The notes: a model not told the origin generated them from the letters alone. DNA of 35,662 nt from an uncultured Gammaproteobacteria bacterium (GCA_964439585.1 CAYTOP010000005.1:1-35662), one strand, 5' to 3'; numbered from the stretch's first letter, positions 26,309-34,458 are shown. Numbers and translations are program-made.

Positions 26309-27022
26309 TTACTTTTTTATTTTGTCGTACCAATCATTTAGCATTCTGGAGACCAAATCTTTGGCTCCCAAACCGACGGATAACCCAACAGCAAGAACGA
26401 TAGTATAGCTTAGTCCTTGAAAAAAGGTTGCTATAAGACCTCTTGCAATTTGTAGCTGGTCAACAGCTGCGAAAAAGGCAATTATAATGACGAGCCATCG
26501 GGCACCCTTTCCCACTGGTTTTGCGGCTTCATGATCGACAGAAGCAAAAGCTCCGCGAACTAAACCCTCAACTAAATTAGCTACAAAATACCCTGCACCA
26601 AAAATTAAGGCTGCCGCAATAATATTCGGAATATACCCAAGAACTTTTGCCAGCACCTGAGAAACACTTGTTAAACCTAAAATATCCACAAAAGTCAAAA
26701 AGAACACATAAATAACAAGCCACTCAAGAAGTGTTGCCACAAGTTCAACAAGGCCTAATTTAAGTTCTGCCTTTTTTAAATACTTATCAATACCGCTAAC
26801 CGCAGAGAGTTTTTCGATTCTCAATACTCTCAAAATCTCAATTGTAAATCTCTTGACCCAATATGCTAAAACCAATCCTATGGCAAAAACCAAAATTGCG
26901 CCAATGATTACTGGTAAAATTTGCAAGAAGGAGGACCAAACCTGACTCCAAGACATTGTTAACGCATCTTGCCAAGAAGTTACTGTATTCAGTTTACTCA
27001 CCCCCTCCCAAACCCTGGACAA
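26309..27022 (-). CDS. Multi-pass membrane protein with repeated MscS-N-terminal-like 'conserved TM helix' segments
   Basis: 237-aa track ORF that begins at a TTG. An alternative start is the ATG at 26956 (MSWSQVWSSFLQILPVIIGAILVF...). It contains four or five long Gly/Ala/Ile-rich helices. The functional label is tentative. Confidence 0.6.
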   Translation of the reverse strand: MSRVWEGVSKLNTVTSWQDALTMSWSQVWSSFLQILPVIIGAILVFAIGLVLAYWVKRFTIEILRVLRIEKLSAVSGIDKYLKKAELKLGLVELVATLLEWLVIYVFFLTFVDILGLTSVSQVLAKVLGYIPNIIAAALIFGAGYFVANLVEGLVRGAFASVDHEAAKPVGKGARWLVIIIAFFAAVDQLQIARGLIATFFQGLSYTIVLAVGLSVGLGAKDLVSRMLNDWYDKIKK

Positions 27023-27062
27023 TTTATGTCAAAGGTTAATAAATAAATTAAAGTTTACACTA

Positions 27063-27194
27063 CTATACTACAATAGTTTTAGACGCTGGGCCATCTTTCC
27101 TTACAAGTATTTCAAAACGTGGGTTTTTACGCACAGGGTACATGTAACAAACTACCGAAAAAGCGAACATATAGAAACAGACTCCACTCACCAT
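27063..27194 (-). CDS. Candidate 43-aa hydrophobic small protein (below ORF-track size cut-off)
   Basis: My reading is ATG at 27194-27192, GTG..., and TAG at 27065-27063, giving MVSGVCFYMFAFSVVCYMYPVRKNPRFEILVRKDGPASKTIVV. An AGGAG (27208-27204) lies 9 nt upstream of the ATG. The product would be one TM helix plus a basic tail. Support is only the RBS and the topology. Confidence 0.25.
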   Translation of the reverse strand: MVSGVCFYMFAFSVVCYMYPVRKNPRFEILVRKDGPASKTIVV

Positions 27195-27319
27195 CTTTTT
27201 GAGCTCCTAGAGTCTAAGCGACCCCGTAGTTGAAGACCTGAGCCTCATGATCAATTGCCTGAGCACGGCCGAAGGACTCATCAGACATTTTGTGCGGAGC
27301 CAGGCTCTTTCCCTTTGCC

Positions 27320-27350
27320 ACAAAAAATCTCATCAAAAGATGAGATTTTT
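27320..27350 (-). terminator. Intrinsic terminator after rnpB (symmetric, usable in both directions)
   Basis: aaaaatctcatc (27323-27334), loop aaaa, then gatgagattttt (27339-27350). On the minus strand the stem is followed by UUUUUUGU; on the plus strand it is followed by UUUUUCUU. Confidence 0.6.
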
Positions 27351-27825
27351 CTTGCTCTGGTAAATAGTAAGCCAGGTTCTGTTAGTCCATCTAAAGTTTC
27401 TTTAAATGGGATGATAATCTATCTAAGCCCTCAAACCTCGAAGCGTGCATAGTACAAATACCATGCTCGGGAAGGATACCTCATACGCTTCAGTCGGAGG
27501 TTGCAGCGGGGAGGATTGCCTCTTTTCACCCTCTTTCTCCAAACCTATAGGTCCGGAGTGAGTCGTAGTCTCTGTGGCTCTAAACTAGCGATTCCCCTTC
27601 GACAAGCTCAGGGTTCTCGTGCTGTCTTACAACAGCCACCCTTCCTTCAACTGCCTGGACTTTCCTCCCCGCACTAAGTTAGCAGCCAATACTCCAAAAT
27701 ATGACTCAGATTTTAATCTAACCAGAAACACTAAATGTAAAGTACCTCTAGACTAACTCCCAACTCGAATCGGTAATATTTTCTGCTAACTTAGTGCGGG
27801 GTAATCATCCATTTACCAGAGCAGG
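27351..27825 (-). ncRNA. rnpB: RNase P RNA, bacterial type A architecture with expanded P3 and an extra P19-like hairpin
   Basis: The reverse strand contains GGGGAGGAAAGUCCAGGC (P4 5' strand, 27657-27670 region). It also contains the GUAA-loop hairpin CUGUUGUAAGACAG, CCACAGAGA, and GGGUGAAAAGAGG (27519-27531). ACAGAACCUGGCUUAC (P4 3' strand) lies at 27367-27382. P1 is GCUCUGGUAAAU (27811-27822) paired with AUUUACCAGAGC (27354-27365). P2 is GGAUGAU (27804-27810) paired with AUCAUCC (27409-27415). The ends are approximate, within about 5 nt. Confidence 0.9.
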
Positions 27826-27828
27826 CAT

Positions 27829-27838
27829 ATTATACCAA
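27829..27838 (-). promoter_or_regulatory. Extended -10 promoter of rnpB
   Basis: The reverse strand reads TGGTATAAT, with TATAAT at 27834-27829 preceded by TGn. This places the transcription start a few nt before P1. The -35 is weak (TGGTAA). Confidence 0.5.
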
Positions 27839-27894
27839 AATCAGGCTATTTTTACCATGGAAATTAGCCACACACTTCGAATTTATAACAGCTT

Positions 27895-27920
27895 TCAAGA
27901 AAACCCTGCCTTTCAGGGCG
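27895..27920 (-). terminator. Possible intrinsic terminator between the perM-side element B and rnpB
   Basis: The minus strand reads CCCUG (27917-27913), AAAGG, CAGGG (27907-27903), followed by UUUUCUUG. The stem is short at 5 bp. Confidence 0.4.
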
Positions 27921-28042
27921 GAAATTAATTGAACACTGACAATACGAAAGCAGTGCCAAGCTTAGCTCATATGTCATCTTTCTACACCCAATGTGTATCT
28001 TCGATAAAGAGAAACTCTAGGCTTTAGCCCGGGGAGGATGTC
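27919..28042. repeat. Conserved structured intergenic element, copy B (inverted relative to copy A at 7416-7517)
   Basis: Core 27935-27960 (ctgacaatacgaaagcagtgccaagc) matches the reverse complement of 7477-7502 at 24 of 26 positions. It shares the flanking blocks, including ggggaggatgtca (28030-28042) versus gggaggctgtca. It has about 25 extra nt forming an additional hairpin (tacacccaatgtgta). Confidence 0.6.
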
Positions 28043-28083
28043 ACACCGTAATTGTTTGAATGATTAACGGCAAAGTCTATAGC

Positions 28084-29064
28084 CTATTTCAGATGATAAT
28101 AATCTTGCAGAATAACTTTTGCCGCAACCACTAAAGGTATTGATATTATCGCACCAATGACACCTGCAAGCCGAAAGCCAATTGCAAGAGAGAGTAATGT
28201 GATTATTGGGTTTAAACCAACTGAACTTTGCATAATCCTAGGAACTAAAAGGTAATTTTCTGTTTGCTGAACTAAAAACGCTAAAGCTACAGTTGCAAGC
28301 CCTGTAATCGGTGACACAACAAAACCTATGATTAAGGGTGGGAGTGCTGCAATGGTTGGACCTATCGTTGGAACAATCTCCAGAAAACCTGCAAGTATTG
28401 CCAATGGTAATGCATATGGCAAACCTATAAGCCGAAAGCCAATATAGGTTACAGTACCTATTACAAGCATCAAAATAAGCTCGCCTCTTGCCCATCCGCC
28501 CAGCTTTACTTCCAAAAGATTTAGAACTTTTCCGATCCTCTCTTTTCTTTCCGCTCCCACAAAAAATCCTATTTGGTCTTCCAATTCACTTCGAGCAAGT
28601 ATCAAGTAGAACGAAAATACCAAAACAGAAAAAACACCTATCAAATTAGAAAAAACGGAAAGGGTTACTTTTGCTAACTGTCCTGGAACAGAAACAACTT
28701 CTGTTATGAATTGATTCACCACCTGATCACCAAAACCGGACAAAAATGGAATATTGTCAACAAGCTTGGGTAAATTACTAACAAATGATGCAGTTTGGTC
28801 CACAACAACCGGAGTTAAAGTCGCGACAAGTAAACCAAAAACACCAAAAACAAGGAAATATATTAGCACCACAGAAACAACTCTTGGGATTTTATGTTTA
28901 GTAAGTTTGGTAACTGTAGGATTTAAAATTGCCATTACCAAAAGGGAAACAAAAAATGCGAGAATGATATCTTTAATGTAGTAAAGAAACCATAAAAAGA
29001 TCAGAAATAATACTGTAAAAATTATGGTTTTGTGTGATATTTCAACTTTTTGGATCTTTGTCAT
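28084..29064 (-). CDS. AI-2E family transporter (PerM/YhhT, UPF0118)
   Basis: This multi-pass membrane protein has the C-terminal signature ENYLLVPRIMQSSVGLNPIITLLSLAIGFRLAGVIGAIISIPL. I set the start at the ATG at 29064, which makes an ATGA overlap with the miaA stop (tcat at 29061-29064). The track ORF starts at 29085. Confidence 0.88.
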   Translation of the reverse strand: MTKIQKVEISHKTIIFTVLFLIFLWFLYYIKDIILAFFVSLLVMAILNPTVTKLTKHKIPRVVSVVLIYFLVFGVFGLLVATLTPVVVDQTASFVSNLPKLVDNIPFLSGFGDQVVNQFITEVVSVPGQLAKVTLSVFSNLIGVFSVLVFSFYLILARSELEDQIGFFVGAERKERIGKVLNLLEVKLGGWARGELILMLVIGTVTYIGFRLIGLPYALPLAILAGFLEIVPTIGPTIAALPPLIIGFVVSPITGLATVALAFLVQQTENYLLVPRIMQSSVGLNPIITLLSLAIGFRLAGVIGAIISIPLVVAAKVILQDYYHLK

Positions 29065-30044
29065 GGTCTCTTTGAAGAATACCAAATAGCAGCCAACTTT
29101 TCTACATTCATTGGATAATCGGTGGATAAGGAATCGTACCAGTGAATTCGACTATCCTTTTTAAACCAAATCATTTGACGTTTCGCGTATTTAATTTCCT
29201 CCCGGGTCCACAGCATAACAAGTTTGTCCCCTGGTATTGTTCCACCAGGATCTGAAAGCCACTGACGATAACCCAAACTTTGCATTGACTGAGCCGTTGA
29301 TCTAACACCAATCTCACGAAGTTTATCGATCTCTTTTTCAAATCCAAACTCAAGTCTTTCGAGTACTCGCAATCCAATTTTCTTTGCCAATTCCTTTTGA
29401 GGAAGAAACAAGCCAACGAACAACATCTCAAGAGTTTTTGCTAAGGGAACAATTCTTTTGTACTTACCTCTTTTTATTTCCCACTGTGCTACCTCGATAG
29501 CCCGAATAAGTCTCCTTGGATTCCCCTTATCCGATCTGTTTAAGGAGGCTGCTTTGAGTGGATCAAGTTGTGCGAGTATTTCAAAAAGCTCCTCTTTTTC
29601 TTTTTCATCTAAAGCCTTGCGTAACCGCTTACTTTTTGGAATAAAAGCTGTTGGAAAACCATCAATAACTCCCTTTATATAAAGTCCCGTTCCGCCCACT
29701 ATTATTGGCAGCTTTTTGCGTTTTAGTATTTGCTTAATCTTTTTATGTGCGAATTGCATATATGAAGCTACGCTGAATTCTTTTTTGGGAGAAACTAAGT
29801 CATATCCCCAAACCTTTATACCGTCTATCGTGTAGAAACCTTCACCCTTCTTTTTTGATACAGAGTCCTCAAATTTCAATTTAGCCGCTGTTGGCAAATC
29901 CTTACCAGTCCCTATATCCATGCCTATATAAACCTGTCGTGAGTCTGCTGAAACCAATTCTCCATTAAAATTTTTTGCCAGATGTAAAGCAAGTCTGGTT
30001 TTCCCTGTAGCTGTCGGGCCGCAGATAATAAGCAATTTGTTCAT
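29061..30044 (-). CDS. miaA: tRNA dimethylallyltransferase
   Basis: 327 aa with the P-loop ICGPTATGKT, SADSRQVYIGMDIGTGK and IIVGGTGLYI. Confidence 0.93.
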   Translation of the reverse strand: MNKLLIICGPTATGKTRLALHLAKNFNGELVSADSRQVYIGMDIGTGKDLPTAAKLKFEDSVSKKKGEGFYTIDGIKVWGYDLVSPKKEFSVASYMQFAHKKIKQILKRKKLPIIVGGTGLYIKGVIDGFPTAFIPKSKRLRKALDEKEKEELFEILAQLDPLKAASLNRSDKGNPRRLIRAIEVAQWEIKRGKYKRIVPLAKTLEMLFVGLFLPQKELAKKIGLRVLERLEFGFEKEIDKLREIGVRSTAQSMQSLGYRQWLSDPGGTIPGDKLVMLWTREEIKYAKRQMIWFKKDSRIHWYDSLSTDYPMNVEKLAAIWYSSKRP

Positions 30045-30048
30045 TAAA

Positions 30049-30864
30049 TTAACTCGACGCGCTAGTATATTTTTTTAGTGCAAAGTTCCAAAATTTTAAA
30101 GATAACAACATCAAGATAAAACCCAAGGCAAATGCAAATGTGAGCCAACCAAAACTCAAGACACCGATAAAAACTTTTGCTGGAAATGTAATCATAACGC
30201 CAACAGGAATAAGATAAATCAAAACCCCCCGGAGAGGTTCCTTATAAATATCAATTGGAAAACGAGCAAGACTTGTTAAATCACGGTACACCATCACTAT
30301 GTGATCAACCTCCAATGTGATTATCCCAAAAGCCAAAACAGCGATGTGGAAGGCTGCTGAAATAAGTAAACCATTTACAACCATAAAAAGATATAGAATA
30401 ACTTCGTAAATAGAAGGATCCAGCAGTCTGCCAATCCAAACTAGTGCAAATAGGAAAATGGGTAGAGTAGTTAAGTCAATAACATCCGCACCACCCAACA
30501 AAACCCTAAAAAGCACATTCACAGGCTTAACTAGCATCAAATCAAAATCTCCGGACACCAAGTAAGACCTAAACCTATAAACTTCCCTAAAAAGAAATTG
30601 AGCAACAGTGTCAATAAAAACAAAGGTCAAAAAAAAGAAGAGTGTTTGGTTAGTATTATAACCAGCCAAACCGTTTGCACCCTTTATCAAAAAATAAATA
30701 AATAAGAAGAAAAACACAAATCTAAAAAGCTTACCCACAAGAAATAACAGAAAAACCTTCTTTTGAGAAAAATATATTAAAAAGGAATTTTTACTCATCA
30801 TCCACCACACTTTTAGGTAGTACTTTAATCCACTAAAGTAGTTTTTACTATCTTCCATACGCAT
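30049..30864 (-). CDS. ABC-2 family transporter permease (DUF990-type)
   Basis: 271 aa with six hydrophobic segments. It overlaps the upstream permease gene by 17 nt. Confidence 0.75.
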   Translation of the reverse strand: MRMEDSKNYFSGLKYYLKVWWMMSKNSFLIYFSQKKVFLLFLVGKLFRFVFFFLFIYFLIKGANGLAGYNTNQTLFFFLTFVFIDTVAQFLFREVYRFRSYLVSGDFDLMLVKPVNVLFRVLLGGADVIDLTTLPIFLFALVWIGRLLDPSIYEVILYLFMVVNGLLISAAFHIAVLAFGIITLEVDHIVMVYRDLTSLARFPIDIYKEPLRGVLIYLIPVGVMITFPAKVFIGVLSFGWLTFAFALGFILMLLSLKFWNFALKKYTSASS

Positions 30865-31657
30865 CGTATGATTTAAGTCCCCGCCTCCAAACGATTTTCA
30901 TTAAAGAATACAAAATTAGCACCCACATACCTGAGACCAAAATGCCCTTAATTACTTCTTGTCCCTGTACCTTTCCGAGATAGACTTGTATCGGAAAGTA
31001 AATAAGATATTGAAATGGCAAAAAGCTCAAAATTCTTTGCAGGATAATAGGTAATACATCAAGCGGAAAAAGTGCTCCGGAAAGAAATTCAACAAGAATG
31101 GCACTAAATAAAAATTGCGCACCCCATGCCGCTTCGGGTGTCCAAAACGGGACCGCGCTCACAATAAATAACGAACAAAAAAAGTTTAACATTGCAAAAA
31201 CCAAACTCACCAAGAAGGCTGAAATTAAAACAGGGTTTGTTTGAATAAAAAATGGTGGTTTCAAAATATACAGCAAAAAAAGCGTCTCAAAAAAAGCAAA
31301 AAATAAATTTAGTGCTTTGCTTGCAAGATCTCTGGTCAACCAATATTTGAAGTAGTCTATAGGTTTAACAAGATAGTTATTAAGATCCCCTCTTGCGATT
31401 TCCCCAGCAACATCAACAGCTCGAGCAGATAAAACAAAAGCCCTAACTATAATTAAGCCAAAAACATAGGTTAAAATCTTTGGCTTATCATAACCAAATA
31501 AAGTCATTCCCGACGCCGTAAAAACTGTTTCCCATAAATAAAAAACTACAAAGATTTGGATTACATTTCTTACCCGCCACATAATAAAGTTAAGCCTATA
31601 AGCAAACTCTTGTTTAAAGGAGATTTTGAAGACGCTTAAATATCCTGCTGAGTTCAT
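30848..31657 (-). CDS. ABC-2 family transporter permease (DUF990-type)
   Basis: 269 aa. The N-terminal FKQEFAYRLNFIMWRV is typical of this permease family. It overlaps the ATPase stop by 4 nt. Confidence 0.75.
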   Translation of the reverse strand: MNSAGYLSVFKISFKQEFAYRLNFIMWRVRNVIQIFVVFYLWETVFTASGMTLFGYDKPKILTYVFGLIIVRAFVLSARAVDVAGEIARGDLNNYLVKPIDYFKYWLTRDLASKALNLFFAFFETLFLLYILKPPFFIQTNPVLISAFLVSLVFAMLNFFCSLFIVSAVPFWTPEAAWGAQFLFSAILVEFLSGALFPLDVLPIILQRILSFLPFQYLIYFPIQVYLGKVQGQEVIKGILVSGMWVLILYSLMKIVWRRGLKSYDAYGR

Positions 31658-32712
31658 GATCGCTTTTTTACTTTTCTCTTTTTTAACTTATTAGCAAGCA
31701 TTTCTCCATCAAATACGCGTCGTATTATTTCTTCAATTGGTTCTTCATCTATTGTCAAATCAGCGATAGGGAAATTTTGCAATATTTCTGCTGCTGCCGA
31801 GGCAGAAGTACCTCTAGCCACAGATAATGTGACCTGGGGATAATCTATTCTTTTAACTTTTCCAATCTTCTCGAATTTTTTGAAGTCGGTTTCTTTTGAC
31901 AAGTAAACTTTTATTATTTTTTCCTTTGCAAACTGTCCTACCAGCTCTGTAATTTGACCATCAAATAATATTTCCCCTTTGTCTATAACAATAACCCGCT
32001 TTGTCAGATCGGCCACATCATCCATATTGTGTGAAGTAAGAAGGATAGTAGCATTCCTCTTTCTATTGTATTCATATATAAAATCTCGAAGTTTCTGTTG
32101 AGCAACCACGTCCAAGCCCAACGTTGGTTCATCCAAAAATAGTATCTGTGGCTGGTGCAACAATGCAGCCACCAGTTCCAACCTCATCCTCTGCCCCAAA
32201 GAAAGTCGACGCACTTGAACATTCACTAAGGATTGCACATCTAAGAGGCTAAGTAGTTCATTCAATGTTTTCGAATAAACGTCATCAGAAATTTGATAAA
32301 TTTCTTTATTGAGTTCAAAACTGTCAACAGCGGGCAAATCCCACCAAAGTTGATTTTTTTGGCCCATTACAAGTGAGATATTCTTCAAAAAATCTGGTTT
32401 TCTGTCCCAGGGAGTATAACCAACAACTTGAACAAAACCGAATGTCGGATAAAGAAGTCCAGACAATATTTTTAATGTTGTTGTCTTGCCGGCACCGTTG
32501 GGGCCTATAAATCCAACCAGTTCACCTTCGTTTATGGTGAAAGAAATACTCTTTACAGCACTTACGCGCTTTTTTTTGGGCGCAATCAAAGCAGATATTC
32601 CACCAATTAACCCTTCGCCTTTTAAGCTAACTTCAAAATTTTTAGTCAAATTCTCGATAATTATGGCTTTTTCTGCCTTCCTGGTCATAACATAAGTATA
32701 ACACTCAAGCAA
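31654..32712 (-). CDS. ABC transporter ATP-binding protein
   Basis: Walker A is GPNGAGKTTTLKIL, the signature LSLGQRMR and Walker B LFLDEPTLGLD, with an extra C-terminal domain. The start is more likely MTRKAEKAIIIENL at 32688. Confidence 0.9.
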   Translation of the reverse strand: MLECYTYVMTRKAEKAIIIENLTKNFEVSLKGEGLIGGISALIAPKKKRVSAVKSISFTINEGELVGFIGPNGAGKTTTLKILSGLLYPTFGFVQVVGYTPWDRKPDFLKNISLVMGQKNQLWWDLPAVDSFELNKEIYQISDDVYSKTLNELLSLLDVQSLVNVQVRRLSLGQRMRLELVAALLHQPQILFLDEPTLGLDVVAQQKLRDFIYEYNRKRNATILLTSHNMDDVADLTKRVIVIDKGEILFDGQITELVGQFAKEKIIKVYLSKETDFKKFEKIGKVKRIDYPQVTLSVARGTSASAAAEILQNFPIADLTIDEEPIEEIIRRVFDGEMLANKLKKRKVKKRS

Positions 32713-32742
32713 TTTAACAGCGGAAAAATATCTAGAAGGTCG

Positions 32743-33027
32743 TTAGCGAGCGGCTTGTCGCTTAAGTTTTTTGCCAGCAGTAAAGCGTGGAGCACGATGT
32801 CTTTTAATTGTAACCATCTTTTCTGTATTTGGGATTTTGACAGTTTTGCCTTCCATCCATTCAACTCTAAACTTACCAAAACCAGAAAGAAGAACCTCAT
32901 CACCTTTGGACAAACTCCTACCAATCTCGTTTAAAAAAACTTCAACAACCTCTTCAGCAGCTTTTTTGGTGATGTGAGATTTTCGAGCAACAGTGTCTAA
33001 AAGCTGTCGCTTACTTATTCTTGCCAT
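32743..33027 (-). CDS. hup: HU/IHF-family DNA-binding protein
   Basis: 94 aa: MARISKRQLLDTVARKSHITKKAAEEVVEVFLNEI...LSGFGKF.V.... Confidence 0.9.
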   Translation of the reverse strand: MARISKRQLLDTVARKSHITKKAAEEVVEVFLNEIGRSLSKGDEVLLSGFGKFRVEWMEGKTVKIPNTEKMVTIKRHRAPRFTAGKKLKRQAAR

Positions 33028-33035
33028 TGCACAAC

Positions 33036-33064
33036 AGCATAATCAAAGTTGACTAAAATGTCAA
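33036..33064 (-). promoter_or_regulatory. Sigma-70-like promoter giving a leaderless or near-leaderless hup mRNA
   Basis: The reverse strand has TTGACA (33064-33059), a 17-nt spacer and TATGCT (33041-33036). Only 8 nt (gttgtgca) separate the -10 from the ATG at 33027. Confidence 0.5.
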
Positions 33065-33204
33065 GAACTTCGAGCTTTTTGCATGTATACGCCAGATAGT
33101 TTATTATGCTTGAGAATATACCCCGTCTGTTAGTAGTGGGGATGAACGAACATAAGTCCTGCTATCTTTTTTAAGTTACTCCGCAGCTTATGCTGCGGTG
33201 CAGT

Positions 33205-34458
33205 TCATTTTGCTGAAGTGGTATCGCTTGCTCTGACTTCACGGATTGCGGTTACTTTTATTTGCCCCGCATATTCAGCTTCCTTTTCAAGCCTGCGAGC
33301 AATGTTATTAGAGAGAATTGTAAGTTCGTCATCGTTAATTTCATTGGGATTTACAATAACTCTCACATCACGACCTGCCTGAAAAGCAATCGCCGAGTCA
33401 ACGCCATCAAAGCTTCCTGCAATTTCCTCAATCTTTTCCATTCTTTTGACATAATCTTCATGCGGCTCGTAACGTGCACCTGGTCGAGACCCAGAAATAG
33501 CATCTGCTATCCATACAACAACTGATTCTACGGAAGTAAAGGGTTTATCCTCGTGATGTTCTGCAACGGCATTAACCACTTCCTTCGGAAATCCATGTTT
33601 TTTCAAGACGGCAACACCCGCTTCAACATGAGTGCCTTCAACTTCAGTAACAACCTTACCAATGTCATGAAGAAGACAACCCAACCTAACAGTCTCTACT
33701 TCGGCACCAATCTCATTTGCAACAGCCAGGCCAATCTTTGTTTCTTCGATTGTGTGAATGGCCAAATTCTGCCCATAAGATGTCCTAAATTTGTATCTAC
33801 CGATAAGTTTTAATATTTCTGTTGGAAGATTGTATACCCCACAAGTTTCAGCAATCTTTTTACCTTCTTCCAACAAAACATCTTCCATTTGAGCTTTAGT
33901 CTGAGCTACAACTTCTTCAATTCTCGAAGGTTGAATTCTAGTATCGCTGATGAGTGACTCCAGTGCTCTTCGCGCAATTTCGCGCCTTACTGCGTCAAAC
34001 GAGGAGAGCTTTATTTCGTTTGTTTCATCGAGTTCAAGTTCAACGCCAGTTTCTCTTTCGAAAGACCTAATGTTTCTCCCTTCACGACCTATAATTCTTC
34101 CCTTAACATCTTCATTGGGTACTGTTACGGTGGAAACTGTATATTCAGCTACATAAGAAGTTGCTCCGTGTTTCATTGCGTCAATTAAAATTTCGCGAGC
34201 TTTTTCTTTAGCGTCTTGTTTTACTTTCTCTTCAGCTGATCTAATTTTTTTAGCGATTTCAGAAGCAAGGTCTTTTTGTACTTGGTCAAGAAGCATTTTT
34301 TTAGCTTCGTCTGCAGTAAGCTTTGCGACCTTAGCAAGATTATCTATCAATTCCCGCTCTTTTTCTTCAATCTTCTTTTCTTTTTTCTCCAAAGTTTCGC
34401 GTTGATGTCGCACATCTTCAACTAAAGCTTTGATTTCATCTGCTGTTTTTGTCACCAT
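33205..34458 (-). CDS. rny: Ribonuclease Y (KH + HD domains), lacking the usual N-terminal membrane anchor
   Basis: 417 aa. A coiled-coil N-terminus is followed by the KH motif GRIIGREGRNIRSFERETGVEL and the HD motif LLHDIGK...HH. There is no hydrophobic N-terminal helix and no extension upstream. Confidence 0.9.
   Translation of the reverse strand: MVTKTADEIKALVEDVRHQRETLEKKEKKIEEKERELIDNLAKVAKLTADEAKKMLLDQVQKDLASEIAKKIRSAEEKVKQDAKEKAREILIDAMKHGATSYVAEYTVSTVTVPNEDVKGRIIGREGRNIRSFERETGVELELDETNEIKLSSFDAVRREIARRALESLISDTRIQPSRIEEVVAQTKAQMEDVLLEEGKKIAETCGVYNLPTEILKLIGRYKFRTSYGQNLAIHTIEETKIGLAVANEIGAEVETVRLGCLLHDIGKVVTEVEGTHVEAGVAVLKKHGFPKEVVNAVAEHHEDKPFTSVESVVVWIADAISGSRPGARYEPHEDYVKRMEKIEEIAGSFDGVDSAIAFQAGRDVRVIVNPNEINDDELTILSNNIARRLEKEAEYAGQIKVTAIREVRASDTTSAK

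Noticed and set aside
26990-27030. TTGACATA string and the GGGAGGGGG run near the start of the 26309-27022 gene. I considered them as a Mn-riboswitch (yybP-ykoY) fragment or a strong RBS for a GTG start.
   Set aside because: The other conserved yybP-ykoY strings (GGGGAGUAG, AGCAAGACC) are absent. The GGAGG lies only 2 nt from the in-frame GTG, too close for a normal RBS. The start codon is left uncertain.
27277-27284. CUGAUGAG on the minus strand, the hammerhead ribozyme core string.
   Set aside because: There is no adjacent stem II closed by GAAA and no plausible stems I or III or cleavage-site triplet. The octamer alone is expected by chance and lies inside the 24-codon sORF.
27255-27452. 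65-aa plus-strand ORF in the large gap.
   Set aside because: It overlaps the 3' third of rnpB and its terminator on the opposite strand. The conserved RNase P strings explain the region.
27945-27960. GAAAGCAGUGCCAAGC in element B (and in the reverse complement of element A) resembles the SRP RNA helix-8 string GGAAGCAGCCAAGG.
   Set aside because: There is no GNRA-closed helix 8 with the matching 5' strand (AGGUC.GG). Two copies occur per 35 kb, and the surrounding fold is different. It is treated as an unknown element instead.
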